Virus record (IMG/VR): IMGVR_UViG_2706795985_000001
Span: 26,553 to 90,552 of that record
Source of the DNA: a virus
Taxonomy: Duplodnaviria > Caudoviricetes
Reading direction: 5' to 3' (one strand)
DNA length: 64,000 nt
Of the stretch, positions 45,072 to 55,072 are shown one piece after another (within the stretch, counting starts at the first letter, position 1; every line of letters starts with the position of its first letter). Below the pieces are notes generated by a model. The model was not told the origin of the DNA and did no database searches. It was given only the letters and a program-made list of their open reading frames with translations. Both the position numbers and the translations under genes were made by a program.

Positions 45072-46538
45072 ATGTTTTCTGAAAACTACGAAGAGACGGT
45101 AGCGATGGGGCTTCCGTTCGATTTTGATGCAAAGACACGTATTATGACTGAGACAGACAGTTACGCCACAGTCTACCCACAATTCTTGGAGTTCGCAGAC
45201 CAACAATTCGACAAACAATTCTGGACAAACACAGAAATGAAAGTTGAACTAGATCGTATGCAACTTCTGTTCGACCTAACTCCTGCACAACTGCACGCTG
45301 TAAAGTTTGTCTTACAACTGTTCTTGAAGTATGAACTGATTGTAGGTGAAGAGTTCTGGAACGGGTTGTTTATTAAAGTATTTCCAACTCCTGAAGCTAA
45401 AGCTATGGCTGCTGCATTTGCTGCCTTTGAGTTGCAAGTTCACGCTCGCTTCTACAACCAACTTAACACACAGCTCGGTCTAGATAAAGACGAAGACTAT
45501 CGTGCTTATGCTGCTAACCCTGAGTTGGCTGCACGTGTTGAGTGGCTTGAGAGTGTGTTGTCCGGCGAAGATAAACTACTATCTGTTATCGTATTCTCTA
45601 TGACTGAAACAGCACTACTCTTTGCCAGCTTTGCAATCCTGAAGAGCTTCCAGAGTAACGGTTATAACAAGATTGCTGTAACTGTTCGTGGAACAAACCA
45701 ATCTGCCATTGATGAGGATTAAATGTGAGTCCTCTTAAAACTTTTTGAATTGCTGGAAACCCCTTAGAGCTTGACGAACTACAACGTGGATGGTAACATC
45801 GAACGTGAATGTTAAAAATCGTCAGGATTGGGCAATCAGCAGGTAAGCTAAGCTCGAAACTGACTCCAAATATAGGAGGACAGTATGAGAAAATTTCATC
45901 CGATATTCACTAGATATTCAACTGATATAGACGGGAATGTCTAAGGTGGAAATCTGTTTGGTTGGAAATGGGCTTGGAAACTTCAACGACTATCCCATCT
46001 GGGAGTAGGATCAAGTGATCCGAAGCGGAAAGACGTGAAAGCGTATGATATAGTCTCCCCTCATGTGAAAGCATGAGCAGCACGTGAAGGTGCGGCACAA
46101 GACTAACGACCTTGTGTGAAGATTTGGTTACATGGATTCGCTGCTGCTTGGGCAATCAACCAACACTATAAAGAGTTGGGTAAGCCTCTACGTGAAGACA
46201 CTGTTCGTGTTGAGCAGATTTACAAGGCGATTCAATACGCCTATGAACATGAATGTTTGATCATTGATCTTGCATTCCTTGAGGACACACTAAATGGTAT
46301 GACCAAGGAAGACTTTAAAAACTATATCAAAGTTAGGTTGAATGTATTTGCAGAACGTCTTGGACTGGACCTTCCATTCCCTGAAGCAGAGTCTCCAATC
46401 ACTAAGTGGTTTGATCTTGGAACTGACTCTTACAAAATGGTAGACTTCTTTACTCCGGGGTTAGGACTAGAATATGAATCAAGTTGGGATACTACTGGCT
46501 TCATTCGTGGGTATATTGAAACTGGAGAAATTGAATGA
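45072..46538 (+). CDS. nrdB: Ribonucleotide reductase beta subunit (exon 1 45072-45719, exon 2 46128-46538; 352 aa spliced)
   Basis: Ferritin-like ligands E..VH..FY and TE..F; splicing restores IDEDLH; aromatic/acidic tail DFF...YESSW. Confidence 0.9.
45720..46127 (+). mobile_element. Group I intron (IA2) in nrdB with degenerate endonuclease remnant in P6
   Basis: P1 GAGGAU/GUCCUC; P10 AUGUGA/UUACAU; P AAUUGCUGGAAA; Q AAUCAGCAGG; R UUCAACGACUA; P7.1, P7.2; S GAUAUAGUCU; terminal G46127. Confidence 0.95.
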
Positions 46539-48262
46539 ACTACTCTGCACTAAGAAAGCAACAAATTATCAATGGCGACTGCCCCCCATTCTACACTACT
46601 GGTGGTATTCAATTGTTCTACGACAAGTACTCTTACAACAACGAAACAGTGAAGAGTCGCTTCCGTGGTGTTGCACAAGCTATGGCGAAGCACGCTCCTG
46701 AAGTGTATCCTGAATGGTGGAACACTAACCCTTACTGGGCAGGAAAGACTTGGGAAGATGCATTCTTCCAGACGATGTGGGATGGTTTCATTAGTCCCTC
46801 TACGCCATTGCTGGCCAATGGTGGTATCCGTAAGCGAGGAACTACCGTAAGCTGTGCTGGTGGTAATGTTGGTAACAACCTGTTTGATCGTTATGACTTC
46901 CTGACAGAAGCTGCCATTCTAACGAAGCACAGCCACGGCACAAGTTACTGCCTTGATGACTGGCCTGCTGAAGGTGACAAGATTCGTGGCGGTCGCTCTC
47001 AGGGGCTTATGCCACTGGTTAGAGACATCATCAACGTTATGGAAGAAGTGGCTCAGGGCTCCCGTCGTGGTTCATGTGCATATAGCCTACGCCCTCAACA
47101 TGGTGATTTTGATAAGGTTGCTGACTTCCTGTACGAACGTACAGAGAGTAATAATGTTGGGTGGTTGATTGACGACGAATTTACAGATGCAATGAACTCT
47201 GAAGATCCTGAGGCCCTGCGTAAGTTTGCTAAGATGCTTGGTATTAAGATGCCGCGTGGCAAGGGGTACTTCTCATTCATTGATAAGATGAACCGCAAGT
47301 TGGCTAAAGCGTTTAAACGTGCTGGTCTACGTGCAAGAGCGAGCAATCTATGTCAAGAAACAAACTTGCCAGCGAATCATGAGTATACGTTTAGTTGTGT
47401 AATTCTAAACTATAACTTGGAGCTTTACCGTAGTTGGCCTGAACACTTGGTGTTTGTTGGTCAGGTAATGAGTGACTGTAATATCTCTGAATATCTTGAA
47501 TGCATGGAAGAGATGACAGAGTTTGATAAGAAGGCAATGCAGAAGATTTATAAGTTTACTAAAGAGTTCCGTGCTCTGGGTAGTGGTGTTCTGGGTTTCC
47601 ACACGCTCTTGCAAACTGAGATGTTGTCTGTCTCTAGCATGGAAGCTATGATGTTGAACACTAAAGCCTTTCGTGCTATCTTCAAGGATGCTACACTAGC
47701 TAACTCTTGGCTGGCAACTACACTGGGAGAGCCTGAGGGCTGTTTAGGGCTCGGTCAGCGTAATGCCACAATGTTGATGATGCCACCCACCAAATCGACC
47801 GCTGAATTGATGGCAGGAGCTTCTGAGGGTATTGGTTTGGATGTTGCCATGTGCTTCACCAAGCAATCCGCTGGTGGTGAGTTCTTCCGCATCAATAAAG
47901 TGTTGCTGGAGCTGATCAAGAAGAAGGGACTAGACTTTAACGAGTGTGTCAAGGACATGAACAAGAGCAAGGGATCAGTACAGTTCGTGGATTGGCTCAC
48001 TGAGGAAGAGAAGGCTGTATTCCGTACAGCGTTTGAGATTCCAATGGAAGACCACCTGAGGTTGTGCTCTCAGCGGCAGGCTTGGATTGACCAAGGGCAG
48101 AGCATCAACCTGTATTTTACGTCCAATGACTCGCCAGAGTACATCGGCAAGATTCACAGGATTGCGTTCAACGACCCCAACATCCTATCTCTGTATTACG
48201 TGTATTCAATGCGCGGGTCGGGGAATATTACTAGGGTAGAGTCTTGCGAGATGTGTATGTAG
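46535..48262 (+). CDS. nrdA: Ribonucleotide reductase alpha subunit
   Basis: SPSTPLLAN, VSC, SNLCQE, LGSGVLG, MPPTKST, DQGQSINL; C-terminal CEMC. Confidence 0.92.
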   Translation: MNYSALRKQQIINGDCPPFYTTGGIQLFYDKYSYNNETVKSRFRGVAQAMAKHAPEVYPEWWNTNPYWAGKTWEDAFFQTMWDGFISPSTPLLANGGIRKRGTTVSCAGGNVGNNLFDRYDFLTEAAILTKHSHGTSYCLDDWPAEGDKIRGGRSQGLMPLVRDIINVMEEVAQGSRRGSCAYSLRPQHGDFDKVADFLYERTESNNVGWLIDDEFTDAMNSEDPEALRKFAKMLGIKMPRGKGYFSFIDKMNRKLAKAFKRAGLRARASNLCQETNLPANHEYTFSCVILNYNLELYRSWPEHLVFVGQVMSDCNISEYLECMEEMTEFDKKAMQKIYKFTKEFRALGSGVLGFHTLLQTEMLSVSSMEAMMLNTKAFRAIFKDATLANSWLATTLGEPEGCLGLGQRNATMLMMPPTKSTAELMAGASEGIGLDVAMCFTKQSAGGEFFRINKVLLELIKKKGLDFNECVKDMNKSKGSVQFVDWLTEEEKAVFRTAFEIPMEDHLRLCSQRQAWIDQGQSINLYFTSNDSPEYIGKIHRIAFNDPNILSLYYVYSMRGSGNITRVESCEMCM

Positions 48263-48363
48263 TGGTTTACTAGACCCTAGACCGTACATAGATGGTAAAG
48301 TGGGCAGGGAGGCCACCTATATAGGTATAGGTCTTCAACTAAACATTAAACATAGGAGATTGT

Positions 48364-49167
48364 ATGCCTGTTAAAGCTATAGTAAAAAAGGACAATTTAG
48401 ATAAATTTTATACAAAAACTAATGTAGCCTTGGACTGCCTGAATCAGTTGTATGCTTACACTGATAGTTGTGACCTTTTTATAGAGCCAAGTGCCGGAGG
48501 GGGTGCGTTCTATAAACAACTGCCCACTGGGTCTATTGGCATTGATTTACAGCCAGAGTGCGACGGCGTAGTACAGTCAGACTGGCTAGATTATAAAGTA
48601 CCCAATAACTGCGTTGTGGTAGGCAACCCGCCCTTTGGGTCAAGAAATTCCCTAACAAATGCTTTTATCAGGAAGGCCCAAGAATCTGCAAAAATAGTTG
48701 CGTTTGTGTTACCATCTGTGTATAGAAAGGAGTCTATGCAGAAGGTTTTTGGCTCCTCTTGGGCCTTAGCTTCAGACCAAGATCTGCCAGAGAATTCATT
48801 CACTTTACAAGGGGAACCTTACCATGTGCCGTGCGTATTTCAAGTTTGGATCAAAGATTTCAAAGGTGTAAATCTTAGGGAAAGCCTGAAAGCTAGGCCA
48901 ACCACTAAAGATTTCACATTTTGCAGCAAAAAAGACGCTACTCATTTTATTTTTGGGGCTTCACCAAAAAAAGTTGTTGACAAAGGACAAGTGACTGAGC
49001 ATAATCGTGGCTACTGGATCAACACCAGCGAAGAGGTGGCTGAGCATCTGAGATGCCTGGACCTCACAGGCAAGGCTTTAAGCAGTGTCAGTGGTGGTGT
49101 TGCTTGGTACGGAAAAAATCAAATCATACAGAATTACTTGGATTGGAGAAAATCTAATGACACCTAA
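48364..49167 (+). CDS. DNA N6-adenine methyltransferase
   Basis: DKFYT, FIEPSAGGGAF (SAM binding), VGNPPFG (catalytic). Confidence 0.85.
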   Translation: MPVKAIVKKDNLDKFYTKTNVALDCLNQLYAYTDSCDLFIEPSAGGGAFYKQLPTGSIGIDLQPECDGVVQSDWLDYKVPNNCVVVGNPPFGSRNSLTNAFIRKAQESAKIVAFVLPSVYRKESMQKVFGSSWALASDQDLPENSFTLQGEPYHVPCVFQVWIKDFKGVNLRESLKARPTTKDFTFCSKKDATHFIFGASPKKVVDKGQVTEHNRGYWINTSEEVAEHLRCLDLTGKALSSVSGGVAWYGKNQIIQNYLDWRKSNDT

Positions 49168-49468
49168 TAACATCAGCCGACTTGCAGTTAAACGTGTAGC
49201 CTTGACCAAGGGCTGGGGCTACGAAGCTCGTAGAAATGTTGTGGTTATTAAAGGGGAAAAGTGGTCATTTAGCCAGTCAAACTTTGGCGTTGGTGACTGC
49301 CGTCAGTGTTACGAAGATACGGTTGGCTTCGTTACTGAGTCTGACGGTGTCCTCTACTGCAAGAGAATTGCTGATAAGTCCAGTATTGGAGTGGTGAGTC
49401 GGTTAACTCCCTCTGGATTGAAGGCTTACAGTATAAAAATAAAACTGTCCTCTATGAAAATTTTGTAA
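49157..49468 (+). CDS. Hypothetical protein
   Basis: GGAG SD before ATG 49157. Confidence 0.45.
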   Translation: MTPNNISRLAVKRVALTKGWGYEARRNVVVIKGEKWSFSQSNFGVGDCRQCYEDTVGFVTESDGVLYCKRIADKSSIGVVSRLTPSGLKAYSIKIKLSSMKIL

Positions 49469-49475
49469 TTAATTC

Positions 49476-49504
49476 TTGACAGCACCCTAAAGCCTATGTA
49501 GAAT
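49476..49504 (+). promoter_or_regulatory. sigma70-type promoter
   Basis: TTGACA-N17-TAGAAT. Confidence 0.8.
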
Positions 49505-49714
49505 TGCCCTCATTCCACCGCAACGGTCTGAGGGCATTTTTATGCAACACACATTTATAAGCCAGCTCAAAATAAAGCTTGAATCTGAAGCAGGAATCAC
49601 CTTTTCAAAGGTTGACACTCTCAGGTGGGTCAGCTATGATGGTGACATTGAAATCGTATTTGCTCGTACACTGGGACAATGTGTAGCCCAAACTGCAAAG
49701 GAGCTTGGAGAATA

Positions 49715-49912
49715 ATGTACACTCACAGAGACGACGCAATAGCTGATATGCGCTACGCCAAAGGTTTGGGAGAGACTGCATTGAAACAGCACTACTTGAT
49801 CTGGCGTGGGGCAACGTTACCACTAGGCTCAGAAGAAGCAGAGTATGCTTTGGCAGTCATGGAAATCTACGAGAAACTTGACACTGAAGACTGTTTGCTC
49901 AAGGGGGCATAA
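49715..49912 (+). CDS. Hypothetical protein
   Basis: GGAG SD; TAATG coupling. Confidence 0.5.
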   Translation: MYTHRDDAIADMRYAKGLGETALKQHYLIWRGATLPLGSEEAEYALAVMEIYEKLDTEDCLLKGA

Positions 49913-50241
49913 TGCGTTATGTAAGCAAGCAGTTTTTGTCTCCGTCTGCCTACGAAACTGGAAGCATTGTATGCACAGTTGAAACACCACGTATCAAGGA
50001 CATGGTAGACTGTGGCAGCGGGGCTAAGCCATCACTACACGCAAGTGTAGGCTTCAGGGCTTGCTATGGTGAGCCGGTGAGCTTAGAGTTCAACTGTGAG
50101 AGTCAGAGAGCTTTTGAGAAGCGGCAAGATAAGCTCAATCTGATGATTGACGAGCTTACAAAAATGCGTGACCAGATGACGGAGATGTGGTACAGTCATC
50201 TTCGTGATGTGGAATTCAAGAACAAACAATCTGAGGAGTGA
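49912..50241 (+). CDS. Hypothetical protein
   Basis: TAATG coupling; 109 aa. Confidence 0.6.
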   Translation: MRYVSKQFLSPSAYETGSIVCTVETPRIKDMVDCGSGAKPSLHASVGFRACYGEPVSLEFNCESQRAFEKRQDKLNLMIDELTKMRDQMTEMWYSHLRDVEFKNKQSEE

Positions 50242-50409
50242 CACAAGTGAAGCAGCAAGAAAAGAGTATGAGTTACGAAGAGTGTATCCAACTAGAGTGG
50301 GACACTAAGGTGAAAACCGAGGTGTTGTCCAACCTAACTCCTATGGAGTTACTGGCCATATCTCGCAACCCTCGCCCAAAGTATGACCGTTTTACAGGGG
50401 AGCGTGTAA

Positions 50410-50547
50410 ATGATTGAATGTCCTATTTGCGGAGCACTTAACTTTGAGTATGAAGACTTTTGTGCTGAGTGTGACTCTGATTTAGATGTTGAAAATTGGA
50501 GTGGAGATTATGAACTTCCAATGGAAGATTTGTCAGACTACTACTAA
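50410..50547 (+). CDS. Small zinc-ribbon protein (45 aa)
   Basis: CPICG...CAEC, acidic tail. Confidence 0.5.
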   Translation: MIECPICGALNFEYEDFCAECDSDLDVENWSGDYELPMEDLSDYY

Positions 50548-50558
50548 GGAGTTAATTA

Positions 50559-50783
50559 ATGGCAACAGTCTACGGTAAATCACAGTGCAGTGCATGCGAG
50601 CAAGCTAAAATGGTCCTTACACAGCGTGGTGTAGAATTCGAGTACAAGCAACTCGACAAGGACTACGATATGGAGTTTTTGATGGACAAACTGGATGAGC
50701 TTGGTATAGCAGCTTTCCGCACATTTCCCTTGATCGTAATTAACGGTGAAGGTTATACACTAGCATCTTTGCAGAAGATTTAA
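50559..50783 (+). CDS. Glutaredoxin (NrdH/GrxC-like)
   Basis: VYGKSQCSAC; RTFPLI. Confidence 0.85.
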   Translation: MATVYGKSQCSACEQAKMVLTQRGVEFEYKQLDKDYDMEFLMDKLDELGIAAFRTFPLIVINGEGYTLASLQKI

Positions 50784-50795
50784 AAGGAGAACAAA

Positions 50796-51209
50796 TTGAG
50801 TATTAGTAGAGCAGAAGTACAAGACGTAGCACAAATCATGGACTCACTAAAACAGCTTCAAGCCATTATCTACAATGGCAACGTACAAATGGGATGGTGG
50901 AAGAATATCACTACAGGCGAAGTACACCCTAAGGGTGATGTAACTCTGCAATTGTCAAAGCTTGCTCTGGTTCACTCTGAAGTGAGTGAAGCTGTAGAGG
51001 GTGTACGTAAGGGGTTGATGGATGACCACTTGAAAGAGCGTCCAATGGCTGAAGTGGAAGCCGCTGACGCAATGATCCGCTTGTGGGATCTGGCCGGTCA
51101 TGAGGGCTGGGACTTGGCAGGAGCTATCATCGAGAAGCTGTACTATAATAGCAGCAGGTTGGACCATAAGCTTGAGAGCCGTCTTGCAGATGGTGGTAAG
51201 AAAGCATGA
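50796..51209 (+). CDS. MazG-like nucleotide pyrophosphohydrolase
   Basis: LVHSEVSEAVEG..EVEAADAMIR. Confidence 0.8.
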   Translation: MSISRAEVQDVAQIMDSLKQLQAIIYNGNVQMGWWKNITTGEVHPKGDVTLQLSKLALVHSEVSEAVEGVRKGLMDDHLKERPMAEVEAADAMIRLWDLAGHEGWDLAGAIIEKLYYNSSRLDHKLESRLADGGKKA

Positions 51210-51260
51210 AGACAATTCTTTACGTCGCAAACCTGCCGATTATCTAAGGGGGTAACATTA

Positions 51261-51848
51261 ATGCAAAACAAACAAGCTCTAATCAAAGTTGCCGAGTGGC
51301 TGGAAGATGGTGCTCAGCATGTAAATATCGATAATGGTCATAAGATTGATAAGTTCGACATGGAATACGGTGTGACTAATAATGGTTGTGGCACTGCTTG
51401 CTGCATTGCCGGAGCAATCGTACAATTTGAAGGTTTGATTAGGCCTGTGCTGTCTGGTTCCGCAGTTTTCTTTGATGAGGTGGACGATGAAACTAATGAA
51501 GTTGTTGAGGGTGTCTGCACTCTTGCGACCAATCACCTAGGAATTGATAAAGATACTGCTGCTCAGCTTTTTGTTCCTTGGGAGTACTTTAACCACAACT
51601 CCTGCTCTGAGTTTTCTGACCCAGACCGAGCAGCTCAAGTAGTTCGGCACTACCTAGAAACTGGTGTGGTTGATTGGGATATGTTTCCTGCTTCTGAAGA
51701 GTCAAGTATTGTTAGTAAAGAACCTGCCACTGGTTGGTTGATGAGAAGCTTGCCGCACGTGTTGAACGACCTACAAAATGCCAAGAATGAGGTTGAGTTT
51801 CTTGATAAACGCTTCAAAGCGCTTGCATCCAAGCTGGGCATCGAGTAA
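51261..51848 (+). CDS. Hypothetical protein with CGTACCIAG motif
   Basis: FDM..GCGTACCIAG..LF motif pattern. Confidence 0.6.
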   Translation: MQNKQALIKVAEWLEDGAQHVNIDNGHKIDKFDMEYGVTNNGCGTACCIAGAIVQFEGLIRPVLSGSAVFFDEVDDETNEVVEGVCTLATNHLGIDKDTAAQLFVPWEYFNHNSCSEFSDPDRAAQVVRHYLETGVVDWDMFPASEESSIVSKEPATGWLMRSLPHVLNDLQNAKNEVEFLDKRFKALASKLGIE

Positions 51849-52007
51849 GTATCCCCAGCTATGAGTGAGCTGCTGACTTTGGCTAACGAATTCAATATTC
51901 CGGCGAATATCAAGGTGGGAAAATACACCAATGATTTCCGTCTGATTGATGCAGTCGATTGGGATTCCAGTTCGATGTACTGCTAATTAAAACAAAGGAG
52001 AAAAGAG

Positions 52008-52284
52008 ATGAATAAACATACTGTTACTGAAACTGGCCGCTGATCTTGGCTTTGGCCTCACACTGGTTCAAGAGCAACACGAAGGTGAATACCACTGGAA
52101 CAAACTACCTTACTCCTACCAAGGTCACGGCCTTGAGGGTTTGAGCGGTTGCAGTAGTATTCAAGACCTTGCTACACTGGCGGAATTGATGAAAAACCTG
52201 CCTGCTGAGGGTGCTCTCAGTATGGAAGAGGATGAACTTCTGCACAAAGCTGCTAAAAGAATTAGCCCGGCACCATGTCAATAG
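52008..52284 (+). CDS. Hypothetical protein, 1-nt frameshift near 52015
   Basis: AAGGAG SD plus ATG; removing one A from AATAAAC joins a 90-codon open frame. Confidence 0.5.
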
Positions 52285-52303
52285 GGCCGGGCTAATTCTT
52301 TTA
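52256..52303. terminator. Long inverted repeat, probable bidirectional terminator
   Basis: Perfect 15-bp arms AAAGAATTAGCCCGG / CCGGGCTAATTCTTT. Confidence 0.75.
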
Positions 52304-52334
52304 TGGTCGGACACAAACAAACGAGGATTCAAAG

Positions 52335-53075
52335 ATGGCTTTCAAAATTGGTGACATGGTTAAGCGTACTTCCGGTAGCTGGAGAGGCGTTAACGAAGGC
52401 TCCATCAACAAAGTGACCAGCGTCTGGTGCGGGGGTATCCAGCTTGAAGGCTACGCTGACATCACTTTCGATGGTGACAACTTCGCCCTGTACCGACGTC
52501 CGAGATGCTCTACACCACGTGTAGAGTTCGAACGCGGCCAAATCATCATCTACAAGTACCACGATGGCAACACCTACACTGGCAAGGTTCAAGACATCTC
52601 TGCCCACGCCTCGGGCACTATGCTGGGTGTGATCCGTGGTGGCGACGGCACTTATGACGCTGTGAACATCAGTGATGTGCTGAGCCTTGAGATTCCACTG
52701 CCTACCGCTCGCTTCAAGGTTGGTGATCGTGTACGCTTGGTAAACGATGATCCACAATACGGCAAAAGTGAGGTGCGTGTTGGTGACATCGGTCGTATCA
52801 CTGCTGTTGGTGGCCCTGATAGTGAATACGATCAAGACGATCTGGTGATTGAGTTCGACAAGGATGACGATTGGCTGGGTCATATCGACGACATTGAACA
52901 CGTTGATCCACAACCTGCACCACTGATCATCATGAACAAGCCAGCTGTTCCAGATATTTCTGTTGACGAGGCGGTCGATAAGTACCAAACTCTGCGTAAG
53001 AAAATCGCAGACCTTCAGATTGAACTGAAGACCTTTGAACAGGTGATGCTGCGTCACAACCTCAAACCAATCTAA
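52335..53075 (+). CDS. Hypothetical protein with repeated SH3/KOW-like modules and C-terminal coiled coil
   Basis: FKIGDMVK, FERGQII and FKVGDRVR repeats. Confidence 0.6.
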   Translation: MAFKIGDMVKRTSGSWRGVNEGSINKVTSVWCGGIQLEGYADITFDGDNFALYRRPRCSTPRVEFERGQIIIYKYHDGNTYTGKVQDISAHASGTMLGVIRGGDGTYDAVNISDVLSLEIPLPTARFKVGDRVRLVNDDPQYGKSEVRVGDIGRITAVGGPDSEYDQDDLVIEFDKDDDWLGHIDDIEHVDPQPAPLIIMNKPAVPDISVDEAVDKYQTLRKKIADLQIELKTFEQVMLRHNLKPI

Positions 53076-53086
53076 GGAGATTCACC

Positions 53087-53440
53087 ATGTTGCTTATCGG
53101 CAGCCGTGCCCTAATTCGGAACAACCCTGAGCTGGAATCCCAACGCAAATGTGTTGACTGGGACTTTATCTGCACACTGGATCAGTTCCGTCAGTGGCAC
53201 CGTCACCACAAAGGTCGTCTGCAATTCGCAGTGCCGACTCAAGGTGGCAAGTATTACCATGCACGTGACAAACAAGGCGTCAATTTTGAGTTCGAACTGG
53301 CTTGGCAGCATGCCCAAGTGAAGCGTATTCGTGCTGCAATTGAGCCTGAGTTCTGTAAAAAGCTTCCTCAGGCGATGGAGACACGGGCATTGTTCATTGA
53401 GGATGACATTGAGTTAGGTGTTGAGACAAATTACGCTTGA
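53087..53440 (+). pseudogene. Probable deletion fusion: nucleotidyltransferase N-terminus plus HNH-family C-terminus
   Basis: LLIGSRA..DWDF (GS/DxD) truncated at ELAW, then AWQ.. tail resembling the end of the 38401 endonuclease. Confidence 0.45.
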
Positions 53441-53466
53441 CACCCTTAACCAACGTGGGGCAGAAT
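53437..53466 (+). promoter_or_regulatory. sigma70-type promoter
   Basis: TTGACA-N18-CAGAAT. Confidence 0.55.
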
Positions 53467-53510
53467 ACACGCATCGACACGGAAAACCAACTTAATACGG
53501 AGGAATATTC

Positions 53511-53906
53511 ATGGCTGTAAAACGTCCTTTCAACATGACCGAAACTGAGTTCGACCTGTATGCTGCAAAGCATCTTGTATGGAAAGCAGAGAACGCCAAG
53601 AAGCGTGGCATTGAGTTCAGCCTGACTCACACTGGCATGAAGAACCTGTTGGGTGCCAAGCGTTGCTACTACACTGGCATCCCGCTCACTAAGAGCACTG
53701 GCAAAGAAGCTGAGCTACAGCTCAGCGATTTCACTATTGACCGTATCGACGGCTCTAAAGGGTACACATCTGGCAATGTTGTTGCCTGCTGCTATGGGGC
53801 CAACCAAATGAAGAGCCAGTTTGAAGGGTTGGGAATCAATGGTCTCAAGGCAGTTCGTAACGTCTTTGACAAAGCCATTAAGCGTATGCAAGGGGTTGAG
53901 AAATGA
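53511..53906 (+). CDS. HNH-like endonuclease
   Basis: AKKRGIEFSL..CYYTG..TIDRIDGSKGYTSGNVVACC. Confidence 0.7.
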   Translation: MAVKRPFNMTETEFDLYAAKHLVWKAENAKKRGIEFSLTHTGMKNLLGAKRCYYTGIPLTKSTGKEAELQLSDFTIDRIDGSKGYTSGNVVACCYGANQMKSQFEGLGINGLKAVRNVFDKAIKRMQGVEK

Positions 53907-54163
53907 ACATTGCAGAATTGATTGAGTGGTTGCAGACACTCCCACAAGATGCTAAAGTGCGGACACTAGAGCACCATAGCGGTAGTGGTTACTACGACCA
54001 AGGTGGTAACTGTCGGATGGTTGACTTTCATACTCAAGTTGAACATCAACAATGGAAAGACAAAGGCGATGAATCTCCAATAGAGTACATAGATGGAACT
54101 CACTTTGAGTTTACTAAAGATTCAAATGGCTCTACACTTCAAATAGGAATCAATAACAAATGA
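53903..54163 (+). CDS. Hypothetical protein
   Basis: ATGA coupling; ELIEWLQTLPQDAKV. Confidence 0.55.
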   Translation: MNIAELIEWLQTLPQDAKVRTLEHHSGSGYYDQGGNCRMVDFHTQVEHQQWKDKGDESPIEYIDGTHFEFTKDSNGSTLQIGINNK

Positions 54164-54375
54164 ATCAATGCCCCGGCTGTGATAAGCCAATGATTGATGG
54201 ACAAGTTTTCAATGGCCTGTTAAAGTGTCATTGGGATTGCACGGAATCTGCAAGAGAGTTTCTGGGTCAGGACAATGCTGATGCCATTATCCAGATGAGG
54301 ATTAATAAACGTTTGGCTATGGATGGAATCATTAGCAGCCATCCACTATTTGAAAGGCTTGGAGGTAAACTGTGA
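54160..54375 (+). CDS. Hypothetical Cys/His protein
   Basis: CPGC..CHWDC. Confidence 0.5.
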   Translation: MNQCPGCDKPMIDGQVFNGLLKCHWDCTESAREFLGQDNADAIIQMRINKRLAMDGIISSHPLFERLGGKL

Positions 54376-54605
54376 CAACTGCTGATCGTATCAAATATGT
54401 TGAGTCTTTTATTAGACTGATTGCAAGAGCTGAAAGTTACGAAGCGGCACACTCTAATGCCAATTTTACAAGGGGACTATTGGCGGCTTGGAATATTGAT
54501 GGTACAATTTCCACATTGCAGTGGAAACGTCTGTATGATGAGACAGAGGTGATCATGGAAGTAAAACGTAACATGCCTAAAGTAGTTGACGAGGAGTTGT
54601 TTTAA
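54372..54605 (+). CDS. Hypothetical protein
   Basis: GGAGG SD, GTG start. Confidence 0.55.
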   Translation: MTTADRIKYVESFIRLIARAESYEAAHSNANFTRGLLAAWNIDGTISTLQWKRLYDETEVIMEVKRNMPKVVDEELF

Positions 54606-54751
54606 TGCGTAAGATGAGTGCTGAGGAATTTGGTGGCAAGGGATATGAGTATGAGAAAGCCAAGCGTCAAGAACGTAAGGCTGATAGAAAAACTCGGGAA
54701 CGACGAAAGTCTGGTCGTTCTGTTTGGGAAGCAAAGCCTGCTGATGAGTGA
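54605..54751 (+). CDS. Small basic protein (48 aa), paralogue of 59138
   Basis: GAGGAG SD; MRKMSAEEFGGKGYEYEKAKRQERK... Confidence 0.6.
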   Translation: MRKMSAEEFGGKGYEYEKAKRQERKADRKTRERRKSGRSVWEAKPADE

Positions 54752-54833
54752 TTATGTTTAGTGCTAGTCTGGTGGGACTTATCCCTATAATTGTTATATT
54801 CTTAGTCGCAGGATACATCTGCTGGGAGTTGAA

Positions 54834-55028
54834 GTGATCAACTATGAACAGAAAGAAGACTACATCAAATTTAAATGGAAGCGGAAAGAGCTTGGCCGCA
54901 TCTACAATGAGGATAACTCATGGCACTACCGGCCAACTGGTTGTCAAGGTCAGATTAGAAGCGAAGAGTTTTCTACGCTGACAGCTCTCAAGCACCACCT
55001 TGAGTATGGTGAGACTTACAGTGTCTAA
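54834..55028 (+). CDS. Hypothetical protein
   Basis: GTGA coupling; followed by terminator. Confidence 0.5.
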   Translation: MINYEQKEDYIKFKWKRKELGRIYNEDNSWHYRPTGCQGQIRSEEFSTLTALKHHLEYGETYSV

Positions 55029-55033
55029 ACTTT

Positions 55034-55057
55034 GACCCGCTCTTTGCGGGTCTTTTT
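55034..55057 (+). terminator. Intrinsic terminator
   Basis: GACCCGC-tcttt-GCGGGTC TTTTT. Confidence 0.85.
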
Positions 55058-55072
55058 ATTTGGAGAAATTAA

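Noticed and set aside
46116-46538. ORF 46116-46538 as an independent gene
   Set aside because: It is exon 2 of nrdB; its first four codons are intron sequence.
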